Origin: Escherichia phage EP02SG | Sequence record: PQ301181 | DNA: 64,000 nt | Direction: 5' to 3' (one strand) | Shown here: in pieces, positions 17,483-26,026 of the stretch | Layout: the number at the start of each line of letters is the position of its first letter | Position numbering within the stretch: position 1 is the stretch's first letter | Program-made: the position numbers and the translations under genes | Notes under the pieces: model-generated | Told to the model about the DNA's origin: nothing | Database searches by the model: none | The model's input: only the letters and a program-made list of their open reading frames with translations

Positions 17483-18229
17483 TTAACCTTTAATCAGTTG
17501 GAATAATGATGCGCTAAGTGGTAAGCCACGTTTCAATTTTAATTTGCCAATGAAACCAATCTTTTCAAAACGTTGCAGACCTTGGATAACTTTATCATAT
17601 GTATCGAAAAGCGATTCAGCGTCAGTTAATTTAGTTTTAGTTTTCCAGTCAGAGCCTTTAAGAAGAACGTTGAGTTTAGTAAGTTCATGGCCTTCTGCTT
17701 GATGTGAGCCATTAATGCGTGCTTTCAAAGCAACAATTCTAAGTTTAGATTCGTTAGATAAAGGTTGATTTTTCATCATGTTCGCCATATGCTTAACACG
17801 ATTTTCACGTTTTGCTCGGATTTTTAAAATAGTACCATAAACCTTTTTAATTTGGGCCCATTTCTTCTCGTCGAGATTAAGTTTCTCTACTTTACGGGCA
17901 GAAGGATTAGCGATACGTCTTGCAATGGCATCACGTTTTTCAATAAGTTCTTCTAATGTTAAATCAGAACGAGCCGTGTTATATTTTTTCTTAACCGGGA
18001 TAACATTACCTTTAATGTAGCCGATATCGTTATTAAAACGTTCTAAGGATAATTTCTCACCTTCAACAGAGTTATTGAAAGATTCACCTGAGTAAGCGCA
18101 GACCTTTTGATCAAGAATGTTTTTAAGGTAATTAAAGTCTAAGTTAAAATCCTTAGAGCGTCTCTTCGCAGAAGCTCTGGTGTGGTCAAGACGACGATTG
18201 ATTTTGTTAATTTTATTATTTGATAACAT
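17483..18229 (-). CDS. srd: Srd-like protein (position of T4 srd)
   Basis: 248-aa track ORF; assignment is by length and position between dda.1 and the mod-like gene only. Confidence 0.45.
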   Translation of the reverse strand: MLSNNKINKINRRLDHTRASAKRRSKDFNLDFNYLKNILDQKVCAYSGESFNNSVEGEKLSLERFNNDIGYIKGNVIPVKKKYNTARSDLTLEELIEKRDAIARRIANPSARKVEKLNLDEKKWAQIKKVYGTILKIRAKRENRVKHMANMMKNQPLSNESKLRIVALKARINGSHQAEGHELTKLNVLLKGSDWKTKTKLTDAESLFDTYDKVIQGLQRFEKIGFIGKLKLKRGLPLSASLFQLIKG

Positions 18230-18380
18230 AATATTTTCCTCTGTCTTACGGACGTTAGGTCATTTATCTGATAGGTCTATAATATCATGCCCTCAGGTAG
18301 TGTACACTCTTTTTCATAAAATGCTTTAATTTTTTATGTGTTATAATGGTTCTGAGTTCCATCCGGTTATTCCAATCCAG

Positions 18381-18989
18381 TCAGTAACCAACAATAGACA
18401 GATTCCAGATTGTATAACGTCCATCTTGAATAATAGAATCTACACGCAGTGTAGTCCCTATAGGGAGCATAAATTCACATTCGTCAGATATAAGTCTAGC
18501 ATTAGACCGTCTTGTCGCTTCAGGGAAAGCTCCATTGAACTCGCAAGATGGTGCAGCCAGAATCATATTAAGCATATGTTCACGGAAGTTGAAAGCAAAT
18601 GGTGCATCTTTGATGCAGAACATATTAAATGTTCCATAAAAATTATATGAAGCGAAGTTACGTGCTACACCAAACACCGGACTGAAGCTCATTACTCTGT
18701 CAAATTTAATAATACTACCAATGCCTTTATCATCAAGTGTGGCCATAGTTTTCTTAGAGATTCCACGATACATTGTCTCAGGAACAGAAGACGACCAATT
18801 TCTACGAACAATTGCACTTAAATCTTGTTGGATGCTGTCTGGCTTGTTTTCCATACATTGCCACAGTACACTTTGTTCAATGTCGCTGAATTGACTATCA
18901 ATTTCGTACTGCAATACATCTTGATATTCGGGGTTTTGAGCACGACGAACCATTTCTTCAATTTCACACTCGTTATACGGCATAAACAT
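18381..18989 (-). CDS. ModA/ModB-like ADP-ribosyltransferase
   Basis: 202-aa track ORF; R-S-ExE type ART motifs in order (MYRGISK, VMSFSPVF, SDECEFMLP); T4 has two such genes here, this window has one. Confidence 0.6.
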   Translation of the reverse strand: MFMPYNECEIEEMVRRAQNPEYQDVLQYEIDSQFSDIEQSVLWQCMENKPDSIQQDLSAIVRRNWSSSVPETMYRGISKKTMATLDDKGIGSIIKFDRVMSFSPVFGVARNFASYNFYGTFNMFCIKDAPFAFNFREHMLNMILAAPSCEFNGAFPEATRRSNARLISDECEFMLPIGTTLRVDSIIQDGRYTIWNLSIVGY

Positions 18990-19336
18990 TTAGGTTTCTC
19001 CTGTGGTTGATAAAAGTATAGTATCATCGTCAGTAGAGTTTGTACACTAAAAATTCAACATTTTCAAATGAATGATTTTGTTAGGTATTCGCGTTCTTGA
19101 AGTTCAGATTGACATGTCATGATAGACCTCCATTTAAAGATAAGCCTATCATAACACGAGAGGAGGGAATGTAAACTACTTTTTAAGCTTTCCTACTAAA
19201 GGTCCATCAGGTCCAGGTTGTTCTAACATGAATAATGATGCTTTAAAAAGCAATGCCAACCCTTTCACCATTCGATACCATGTCTCAAAGTCTTTTTCCT
19301 TGATTTCTAGTAAGAATTTCTCTTTCAATTTCTCTT

Positions 19337-19525
19337 TCATTTCCAAGGACTCCATGGTGGAGGGTCGTCATAATAAGATGCAAGGTCTTTCAGGGCTTCA
19401 ACAGGTAAACTAAAGCCGTGTCGTTGTATAATACTATCTAGTTCATCAATAAGTTCACTACGATGCACTTTAGGAGCCTCAACTTCAGGCTCGTCAAACA
19501 TACTCATAAGGTCCATATTATTCAC
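19337..19525 (-). CDS. hypothetical acidic protein (62 aa)
   Basis: Track ORF; stop overlaps upstream ORF. Confidence 0.35.
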   Translation of the reverse strand: MNNMDLMSMFDEPEVEAPKVHRSELIDELDSIIQRHGFSLPVEALKDLASYYDDPPPWSPWK

Positions 19526-19982
19526 CTAGATAAAAACTAGCAGGTTCAGAGAATGTTTCTAGCGCTACACCTTTTGTCTTAAAAAATTTCCAAATAGCTC
19601 GTTGCAAATGGACTAAATCTGCTAATGATGTAATAAAGTATTTTTTGGCAAAATACTTATGGTCTCGCTTTTCAAACAAGTCTAAACGCTTTTCAGGATT
19701 CACATAAACTGCATTTTCCGTAGATTCATAACCTAAGTCCTTTATGCCTTCTTCAAGACTAAACGGAGAATTTTTAGAACGAGTAATAGCTCCAACTCGC
19801 TCTACACGAATTTTGTAACCTTTAGGAATCTGCAATTTGCAGAATTCTTCTACGATATATTGCGGATTATTTAGACTTTTGTTAATTAGAATAGCTATTT
19901 CTAGTGGAGTCTTATCTTCCACTGGTATATGTTTAAATGACTTGGCTTCAAGCAAATACATTTTAAATAGCATAGCATCCAT
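19518..19982 (-). CDS. hypothetical protein (154 aa)
   Basis: Track ORF in the mod-to-soc interval. Confidence 0.45.
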   Translation of the reverse strand: MDAMLFKMYLLEAKSFKHIPVEDKTPLEIAILINKSLNNPQYIVEEFCKLQIPKGYKIRVERVGAITRSKNSPFSLEEGIKDLGYESTENAVYVNPEKRLDLFEKRDHKYFAKKYFITSLADLVHLQRAIWKFFKTKGVALETFSEPASFYLGE

Positions 19983-20016
19983 TATAATTTCCTCGATGGT
20001 TCACCCATATAAAGTT

Positions 20017-20202
20017 TTACAATACGTATGAATGATTATAATCGGAAGAGCTTGAAGCATTAACCTGTTTTGTTTTTGGATGAACAACTTCTTCCATCAT
20101 TCCGTCGCCGATATATTCCCAACTTTTTTCGTGTGTATCAGGAATAGGCACCATACCTTCGCCTGGTTTAACAGCAAACAACTTCTTCAGCATCGTAAGC
20201 AT
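20017..20202 (-). CDS. hypothetical protein (about 61 aa)
   Basis: Track ORF 20017..20277 trimmed to the ATG with GAGGAA SD; overlaps the preceding ORF out of frame, so one of the two may be wrong. Confidence 0.3.
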   Translation of the reverse strand: MLTMLKKLFAVKPGEGMVPIPDTHEKSWEYIGDGMMEEVVHPKTKQVNASSSSDYNHSYVL

Positions 20203-20395
20203 TAATTGTTCCTCGAACAAAACGAACACCACCGTCATCCCAGCGGATTTCAGCATTAAATTTGACGTCTTCACCATCCATCATGAATGAGTGTACGACT
20301 ACATCATCATAATATCCAAGGCCGTATTTCAACGAAACTTCTTGAGCAATCAAAGCACCTAATGTGTTATTAGGTTTAATCCAACGATTTAACAT
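20168..20395 (-). CDS. hypothetical protein (75 aa)
   Basis: Track ORF 20168..20464 trimmed to MLNRWIK with strong AGGAG SD; early promoter upstream. Confidence 0.4.
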   Translation of the reverse strand: MLNRWIKPNNTLGALIAQEVSLKYGLGYYDDVVVHSFMMDGEDVKFNAEIRWDDGGVRFVRGTINAYDAEEVVCC

Positions 20396-20462
20396 ATTGT
20401 TCTCCTCTTGAGTAAGTAAGAATATCTTAACACAGTTTTTAGTGGTTGTAAACTGTAGAAAC

Positions 20463-20487
20463 AAAAAAAGGAATCCCGAAGGATTCC
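20463..20487 (-). terminator. rho-independent terminator after soc
   Basis: rc GGAAUCCUUCGGGAUUCC + UUUUUUUG. Confidence 0.6.
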
Positions 20488-20496
20488 TTAAATTAT

Positions 20497-20733
20497 TTAA
20501 CCGCTTACTGGTGTAGGGGTAAACATTGCAGCGTTCTTAGTTTTCCAATCAGCTGCATCAGAAACTACAGTAGAATATGCTGCCTTTTCTGACGGAAAGA
20601 TTTGATAATGAGAATCAGCAATCCGATGTTCGTTTGAATAAATCTCAAACGGCACAGAAACTTCCATACCTTTAACTTCTTTACCTTCACCAGCAGGATG
20701 CGTAAAGGTTTTGATGTTTACATAACCACCCAT
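20497..20733 (-). CDS. soc: small outer capsid protein Soc
   Basis: 78-aa track ORF; GYVNIKTF...HYQIFPSEKAAYSTV matches remembered T4 Soc; followed by C(UUCG)G hairpin plus T-run terminator. Confidence 0.85.
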   Translation of the reverse strand: MGGYVNIKTFTHPAGEGKEVKGMEVSVPFEIYSNEHRIADSHYQIFPSEKAAYSTVVSDAADWKTKNAAMFTPTPVSG

Positions 20734-20735
20734 AA

Positions 20736-20960
20736 TTAACTCCTTTGTTGTTTAATTACAGGTGTATTTATAATGAATTTCTTCGGGACAATAAAATATC
20801 CGAATTTAGCTAATATAACAACATCACCGTTAATTATTACCGGAGAATAATCATCTGGAGTATTAAATTTCCAGTGGAGTCTAGTATTATATCCATCAGA
20901 GCCGAATGCTTTATTAGCCGGTCTCCCGGCTTTTTGCCATGCATAAAAATCAAGTTTCAT
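20736..20960 (-). CDS. hypothetical protein
   Basis: Track ORF 20736..21056 trimmed to internal MKLDFYAWQ; the N-terminal part of the track ORF may be leader; my hand reading of this stretch disagreed with the track frame, so the start is uncertain. Confidence 0.3.
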   Translation of the reverse strand: MKLDFYAWQKAGRPANKAFGSDGYNTRLHWKFNTPDDYSPVIINGDVVILAKFGYFIVPKKFIINTPVIKQQRS

Positions 20961-21122
20961 TTGCAACCCAATCAACCATATGTAGATGGTCTGATAATTG
21001 ACTAACATGCTGAAGCTGATTAGATAGGAGCTTACAAATAAGCTCACTGTTATCATTTTTAAATAGCTGGTCGATACGTTTCTTGTGGGCTTTCTTAAGC
21101 TGTCGTTTATTTAAACGAGCCA

Positions 21123-21644
21123 TTAGTAACCTCGGTCTTGGCGGGAGAAGTTTTCAGCATTCTTCAAGTAATACAGTTTAAAGATTTCTTCAGCGGAAAG
21201 TCCCAGACCTTGGAACATATTCAGAACAAAGTGGAGGATATCAATCATCTCGAATTTAATTTCAAGCTGGTCTTCAGGAGACAGTTCATCGATACGACGA
21301 TTTCGATATTCAGCATGTTGTGCTTTCCATGGCTTCCATACAGAGCTAGCGGCTTTTTCACCATTGCTCATACCACCAAGTGAAGTCAGCAGTTCACGGA
21401 ATTCATCATCAATATAATCTTTCTGATTACGCAGCCAATCAACAACATCGCCAGCAGTGGCTAATTCATCAGGATGTTTGTTATGTTCAGGCTTGTCATT
21501 TGCCAGACGAACCTGTAAAGATTTCTGCATATCAAGCATTACCTGCAGAGGGTCTTTATCTTCGTGAATCAGGGCATTAAAATAAGCTTCTTCTGCTTTA
21601 TCAACACCAGAAATAAGTTGTGAACATTCGTTAAAGTGCGCCAT
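21123..21644 (-). CDS. 56: dCTP pyrophosphatase gp56 (dCTPase/dUTPase)
   Basis: Track ORF 21123..21659 trimmed to MAHFNECSQ; PLQVMLDMQ, ETAGDVV, DDEFRELLTSLG, FHFVLNMF, EEIFKLYYLKN match remembered T4 gp56. Confidence 0.85.
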   Translation of the reverse strand: MAHFNECSQLISGVDKAEEAYFNALIHEDKDPLQVMLDMQKSLQVRLANDKPEHNKHPDELATAGDVVDWLRNQKDYIDDEFRELLTSLGGMSNGEKAASSVWKPWKAQHAEYRNRRIDELSPEDQLEIKFEMIDILHFVLNMFQGLGLSAEEIFKLYYLKNAENFSRQDRGY

Positions 21645-21677
21645 TATTTTTCCTTTCAATTCAGTATAAGAGAAGTT

Positions 21678-21706
21678 AATTCTAACATTAATTTTATAAA
21701 GCGTAA
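21678..21706 (-). promoter_or_regulatory. possible MotA-type middle promoter upstream of gene 56
   Basis: rc: ACGCTTTA box-like - about 12 nt - TAGAAT; one mismatch to MotA box; approximate coordinates. Confidence 0.3.
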
Positions 21707-21734
21707 TAAATAATAAGGTAACTAAGGAGATATT

Positions 21735-21932
21735 ATGTTTAAACTTCCATCGTTAATCAACGCTATTAAAGGCAATAAAAAGAAAACTGCTATCGCTGCA
21801 ATAGTTGTAGGTGGCATTATTTCATGGAACTTCGGGATTGCACCATTGTTAGTTGCCCATGGTATTATAGTTCCTTCTGTTCCATTGGATACTGTAGTTG
21901 ACCTAGCCTTTGCTATTATAGGGCTTGTTTAA
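21735..21932 (+). CDS. small membrane protein (65 aa), only plus-strand gene in window
   Basis: Track ORF; strong AAGGAG SD 7 nt upstream of ATG; hydrophobic with two predicted TM segments; 3' end overlaps the 3' end of gene 61 on the opposite strand. Confidence 0.5.
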   Translation: MFKLPSLINAIKGNKKKTAIAAIVVGGIISWNFGIAPLLVAHGIIVPSVPLDTVVDLAFAIIGLV

Positions 21933-22951
21933 ATCTTCGAATAACGAGATAATCTCATTTTAGCATGCAACCCACTTGAAATATTCTGTTTCATATATTC
22001 TAAAATTTCTTGTGGTGTTGCATTTTCTTTCATTACCATATCATTCACATCCTTTGATCTCCATGGAGCTCGGTCCCAGAACATGACACGTTCGCCTGCA
22101 TCAACTAATCGCTTCATGCGAGCTATAGTATCCGGATGCCTAGGTTCATTATCCATTACCCATACCCGACGTTCTTTAAATGGTACCACATCTAAATCTA
22201 TTGAGCCGCCTGTAATAGCGATTGCATTGGGTATGAATAAACTATCAATAGGGCCTTCCATTACCCAGACGTCCCCTTCCTTAACACGTTCAACACCATA
22301 AATTTTTGTTGCAGACTCAAACGCTTTAATAGTGATATATTTCTGAGGAGCATCTTTACGAAGTGCACGTCCTTGGAATGACTCGGCCTTACCATCTTTA
22401 TTAAAAATAGGAATCACTAAACGTGGTTCGGGAATCTCTTTCTTATACGTACCAGGTTGAATCTTGTTGACCAATTTGGGCCATTCTAATGTGAACCATA
22501 ATCTGTTCCATGATTCTTTAGGAATACACCGAGACTTAACATATTTCACAATAGGATGCTCTTCAGGCAACTTGTCTAGACGAGAACAAGACGGCAAAGA
22601 ATTTATAGTCTTTTTCTCTGGCTCAGGCTTAGCTTCAGGAACCTTTTCAATCTTTGGTTCCATTCTAGCTTTTTCTTTACGAACTTCCATTAGATATTCG
22701 CGATAAAGCTCTTCATCATACTCTTTTAAGTATCCGGAAATTGTATTGTGGTATTGACAATTATAGCAATGTACATTACCAGGAGTACCGCCATAATACC
22801 ATCCACGAGCTTTCATTGCATCTGTCTGGGAGTCGCCACATACTGGACATCGAAATGTTAATTTAAATGTGCTTGAATTATTGATTTGTCTAAAACGAGG
22901 TAGGTGAGAAAACGCACGATAAGCAAATTCATTATCTATCCATTCAGCCAT
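21929..22951 (-). CDS. 61: DNA primase gp61
   Basis: 340-aa track ORF; MAEWIDNEFAYRAF, zinc-binding CPVCGDS...CYNC and Toprim region match remembered T4 gp61. Confidence 0.9.
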   Translation of the reverse strand: MAEWIDNEFAYRAFSHLPRFRQINNSSTFKLTFRCPVCGDSQTDAMKARGWYYGGTPGNVHCYNCQYHNTISGYLKEYDEELYREYLMEVRKEKARMEPKIEKVPEAKPEPEKKTINSLPSCSRLDKLPEEHPIVKYVKSRCIPKESWNRLWFTLEWPKLVNKIQPGTYKKEIPEPRLVIPIFNKDGKAESFQGRALRKDAPQKYITIKAFESATKIYGVERVKEGDVWVMEGPIDSLFIPNAIAITGGSIDLDVVPFKERRVWVMDNEPRHPDTIARMKRLVDAGERVMFWDRAPWRSKDVNDMVMKENATPQEILEYMKQNISSGLHAKMRLSRYSKI

Positions 22952-22990
22952 AGTATTCTCCAGAGGCCTTAAATTAATAAGGCCATCATA

Positions 22991-23458
22991 TCACAACTTA
23001 TTAATATTTACTTTAATTCGCTTTCTTTTCTTGGAAGGAATTTGTTCTGGACCTTTATTTACGACTGCACCTGTAGTTGTTCCTGATGCAATAGCTTGAG
23101 GGCTGCCACCTGAATCACCAGCAACCATATCCTCAAATAAAGGGAGTTCTTTAAATATTTCTTTCTGTTGTTCTTCTGTAATGTTATAGCGGGATGCTAC
23201 AGCACTCCAGGCAGACATCATTGAGGCCATTCCATTAAGACCTGGAACAGTGCTCATCATTCGCTTCATTGAACGAACTGAAGCATGAAAAGGTGTATAA
23301 GCCGCTTTCTCTTCAGGAGTGGAAGGGCGTTTAAGAACACTTCCACGTTCATCGATGATTTTGGCTTCATACGCTTTCCATTCGGTAAAAGGTTTTTGCA
23401 TTAGTCGGATAAACTTATATGCGTAAACAGAATCTATTGCAGTGTTAATAATACCCAT
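22991..23458 (-). CDS. hypothetical protein (61.1 position)
   Basis: Track ORF 22991..23485 trimmed to MGIINTAIDS with AGGAGG SD. Confidence 0.5.
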   Translation of the reverse strand: MGIINTAIDSVYAYKFIRLMQKPFTEWKAYEAKIIDERGSVLKRPSTPEEKAAYTPFHASVRSMKRMMSTVPGLNGMASMMSAWSAVASRYNITEEQQKEIFKELPLFEDMVAGDSGGSPQAIASGTTTGAVVNKGPEQIPSKKRKRIKVNINKL

Positions 23459-23477
23459 AGGTACCTCCTGAGTATAT

Positions 23478-23675
23478 TTAATCAATTACAAAGATTGCTT
23501 TGTCACCATTTATATCCGTGACTTCATATGTAGTGCCTTCATACTGTGGAATATTCCAAATTACACCATCATTAGCTTTTACGCTAATACGGCATTGGTG
23601 TTTTGAAACAACTTCATAATCTTCAAAACTTGTAAAAACACTAATTTTAGAACCAGTGCAAATTGCAGTAGTCAT
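23478..23675 (-). CDS. hypothetical protein (65 aa)
   Basis: Track ORF; tight packing. Confidence 0.4.
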   Translation of the reverse strand: MTTAICTGSKISVFTSFEDYEVVSKHQCRISVKANDGVIWNIPQYEGTTYEVTDINGDKAIFVID

Positions 23676-23676
23676 T

Positions 23677-24336
23677 TTAACCTCGATTCATAAATGCATT
23701 AAATATTTGGTCATCAACAGAAATTTCTAATTTGACTTCAATTGCTTCAGCCTTTTCTTCAGGTGGTAATTCGTATCCACACACTACAATTTTTTCATCG
23801 ATATCAAAATATACAGAAGCAATATGATTAATGTTATTTTCAGTTAAGTCTAAATCAACATCAACATCTTTTTGACCTACACTTAAAGGATAACTAATAC
23901 GGGTTATTTTATTATCTTTAACAAAGAGTCCACCGACATACTCTGTACTACGTTTGAAGTTTACACGTTTCCGAAATGAAAGATATGATGCATCTTTACC
24001 GTGAGCTCGGCTCATAGGACATAATGAATAGCTAGAATAAGAGATGTCAAATCCTACACCTTCAATATGAGCCAACGCGTCGTGATTAAACCAATTATAA
24101 TCATATGCCAAATCCATTATATTGTAATATGTGAAAGGCACCGGATTAACATCATACGTTGTACCTTTAAAATCTGCCCAGGCAACGATTTCGTTATCTT
24201 TAACAATTACAAAAATTACACCAATATGGTATCCGTTATTATTTTCATTCGGCGTTATATTATAACATTGTGCATTAGGAAATTTACCATATTTAAATGG
24301 CGCATTTTTGTGCATATAATAAATCATATTATTCAC
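23677..24336 (-). CDS. hypothetical protein (219 aa)
   Basis: Track ORF; stop overlaps sp start. Confidence 0.5.
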   Translation of the reverse strand: MNNMIYYMHKNAPFKYGKFPNAQCYNITPNENNNGYHIGVIFVIVKDNEIVAWADFKGTTYDVNPVPFTYYNIMDLAYDYNWFNHDALAHIEGVGFDISYSSYSLCPMSRAHGKDASYLSFRKRVNFKRSTEYVGGLFVKDNKITRISYPLSVGQKDVDVDLDLTENNINHIASVYFDIDEKIVVCGYELPPEEKAEAIEVKLEISVDDQIFNAFMNRG

Positions 24337-24622
24337 CTGTGATTTCGGTTACGATATCTTTGTTATCGAAATTAGGGTCACAATACAAAACATAATTGTA
24401 CTGCATGATACCACCGGACTTAAGTTGTTCAACAACTTTATTAACCATATTAGGACGGTCTCGTTTAGTGATGTTCATGATATCAGAGAAGATTTGTTGT
24501 TCAACATCTTCTTGATTTGCAGTCATTGACCACTCACAGAGGTCTTTATCATAACCTGCCGTAACTGGAGCTGGTGCACATGATACTGCGAGTAAGATTG
24601 CTGCCAATGATAACTTTTTCAT
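24329..24622 (-). CDS. sp: Spackle periplasmic protein (lysozyme inhibitor/superinfection exclusion)
   Basis: 97-aa track ORF; signal peptide then GYDKDLCEWSMTA...KSGGIMQYNYVLYCD matches remembered T4 Sp. Confidence 0.8.
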   Translation of the reverse strand: MKKLSLAAILLAVSCAPAPVTAGYDKDLCEWSMTANQEDVEQQIFSDIMNITKRDRPNMVNKVVEQLKSGGIMQYNYVLYCDPNFDNKDIVTEITGE

Positions 24623-24651
24623 TTTAACTCCTTAGTTGATTTGATAGGACT

Positions 24652-24681
24652 ACTATACTATAGTCCATCTATAATGTAAAC
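24652..24681 (-). promoter_or_regulatory. T4-type early promoter upstream of sp
   Basis: rc: GTTTAC-N18-TATAGT with TAGGACTA...TATAGTCC inverted repeat. Confidence 0.5.
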
Positions 24682-24685
24682 AAGT

Positions 24686-24934
24686 TTATTCTTTTTCGCG
24701 AATAATAATTACTTGTTGAGGCTGCTGAGCAGATTTCTTTTCGGCAACGATAGACCAAATTAAAGTTCCAATCCAACCAATCATCGTCCAGTTAAAGAGT
24801 AAAGATACAAAGAAGATTGCTGTTGTGCTTTTTGTGCCACGAATAAGTGCGATTACCCAAGGCAACATGTAAATGATGATTGAACCAATACCTGCGATTA
24901 AAACTGCTACTGAACTAGCTACGAATAATTCCAT
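24686..24934 (-). CDS. Imm-family (superinfection immunity-like) membrane protein
   Basis: 82-aa track ORF; two TM helices and motif NWTMIGWIGTLIWS resembling the Imm GW...GW...LIW signature. Confidence 0.5.
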   Translation of the reverse strand: MELFVASSVAVLIAGIGSIIIYMLPWVIALIRGTKSTTAIFFVSLLFNWTMIGWIGTLIWSIVAEKKSAQQPQQVIIIREKE

Positions 24935-24996
24935 GTTAATTTCCTCTTGATTTGTTATGTTTATAGTATCTTATTTTTAACTTTGGCGTAAACCAA

Positions 24997-25365
24997 TTAG
25001 TTAAATTTGTTTAAACGTTCAATACACTGGACGTAGTTATTTGCGATTTGTTTCTGGGTAGGCTCTTTACCAGTTGTTTCAACATAGCGAATGAATGCGA
25101 TTTCAGTAGCCTGTAAGCAATGTTCTTTAACGCGCTGTTCTTTTGACACAGCTACGGTATCAGAATCACGATAACGTTGAGCATGAGCATCAGCTTGAAT
25201 CATTCGATTACCTACAGTAACCGGGTCTTCCACTTCAACTTTAGGTTGGTCATACTGTTTAACATTCGGATTGTAAATCAGTTGGCCAACGTTATTAGGG
25301 ATAAAGCCATGGGCACCACATCCGGTTAATCCAAATACCATTGCTAAAGCGATTAATTTTTTCAT
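24997..25365 (-). CDS. putative lipoprotein
   Basis: 122-aa track ORF; signal peptide with lipobox LTGC. Confidence 0.5.
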   Translation of the reverse strand: MKKLIALAMVFGLTGCGAHGFIPNNVGQLIYNPNVKQYDQPKVEVEDPVTVGNRMIQADAHAQRYRDSDTVAVSKEQRVKEHCLQATEIAFIRYVETTGKEPTQKQIANNYVQCIERLNKFN

Positions 25366-25393
25366 TTCAATTTCCTCTGTAGTTGATAGAAAG

Positions 25394-25423
25394 ATAGTAA
25401 CACAGTATGTGGTGCTTGTAAAC
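25394..25423 (-). promoter_or_regulatory. T4-type early promoter upstream of lipoprotein gene
   Basis: rc: GTTTAC-N18-TACTAT. Confidence 0.45.
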
Positions 25424-25435
25424 AGTTATTTAAAA

Positions 25436-25624
25436 TTATTGAAAATCTGCTTCGAAAACTTTCTCGTCATTAACAAATGCTTTAACTAATGCGTTGTTCA
25501 CTTCAGCAAGTTGTACCGTAACCCACTCGATTTCTTCGCGATCACCTGATAACATGATATCTTTAGTGAACATCTCACCGCTTTTAAACCAACCGATAAA
25601 AGTAACTTTAGTTAATTTGTTCAT
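25436..25624 (-). CDS. dmd: Dmd (discriminator of mRNA degradation; RnlA/LsoA antitoxin)
   Basis: Track ORF 25436..25645 trimmed to MNKLTKVTFIGWFK; FMGWFK...MFTKEI...AEVNKALVKAF pattern matches remembered T4 Dmd; ATGA overlap with upstream ORF. Confidence 0.8.
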   Translation of the reverse strand: MNKLTKVTFIGWFKSGEMFTKDIMLSGDREEIEWVTVQLAEVNNALVKAFVNDEKVFEADFQ

Positions 25625-25938
25625 ATTTCCTCGCAAAATGCCCATTCAGCGTGATAAACTGTAGCACCTTTAGTATTATTCATTTGAACTACGTCTACCG
25701 GAGAAATTACTCGATAGAGACGTGGTTCACCTCCATAAGAGCGTGCTGCTCGTCCTGCATAAATCTTTGCTAAACCGATATCTTCAGTAAAGAATACACG
25801 ATCCAAGTTTTTCTTACGTCCTGTTTCAGACAGAACTCCTGTTTCTTCAGGAGGACAAAGCATGTTTTCGATGTTAGCTGAACTACTTGAACCGTGATAA
25901 AAAATCTTAAATTCTGCTTTACAATCGATGGTTTTCAT
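25621..25938 (-). CDS. hypothetical protein (105 aa), weak ADP-ribosyltransferase-like motif pattern
   Basis: Track ORF; ordered FYHGSS ... YAGRAARSY ... YHAEW loosely fits an H-Y-E ART arrangement; speculative. Confidence 0.4.
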   Translation of the reverse strand: MKTIDCKAEFKIFYHGSSSSANIENMLCPPEETGVLSETGRKKNLDRVFFTEDIGLAKIYAGRAARSYGGEPRLYRVISPVDVVQMNNTKGATVYHAEWAFCEEI

Positions 25939-25967
25939 TTTGTTCTCCTCTTGGTTGGTGTAAGTAC

Positions 25968-25997
25968 ATCATATCATGCCTAGAGGAAGATGTAAAC
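25968..25997 (-). promoter_or_regulatory. T4-type early promoter upstream of the 105-aa ORF
   Basis: rc: GTTTAC-N18-TATGAT, immediately after the gp41 stop and hairpin. Confidence 0.45.
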
Positions 25998-26004
25998 CCC
26001 GAAA

Positions 26005-26020
26005 GGAGACCGAAGTCTCC
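26005..26020 (-). other. intercistronic C(UUCG)G hairpin after gene 41
   Basis: rc GGAGACUUCGGUCUCC; no T-run on the minus-strand 3' side, so probably an RNA stability/processing element rather than a terminator. Confidence 0.4.
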
Positions 26021-26026
26021 TTTTTA

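Noticed and set aside
20736-21123. Possible 57-aa ORF starting at 21123, in frame with the N-terminus of track ORF 20736..21056, suggesting a frameshift
   Set aside because: My hand translation of the printed sequence disagreed with the track frame by one base near 21000; I cannot rule out a reading error on my side, so I kept the track ORF and did not call a frameshift.
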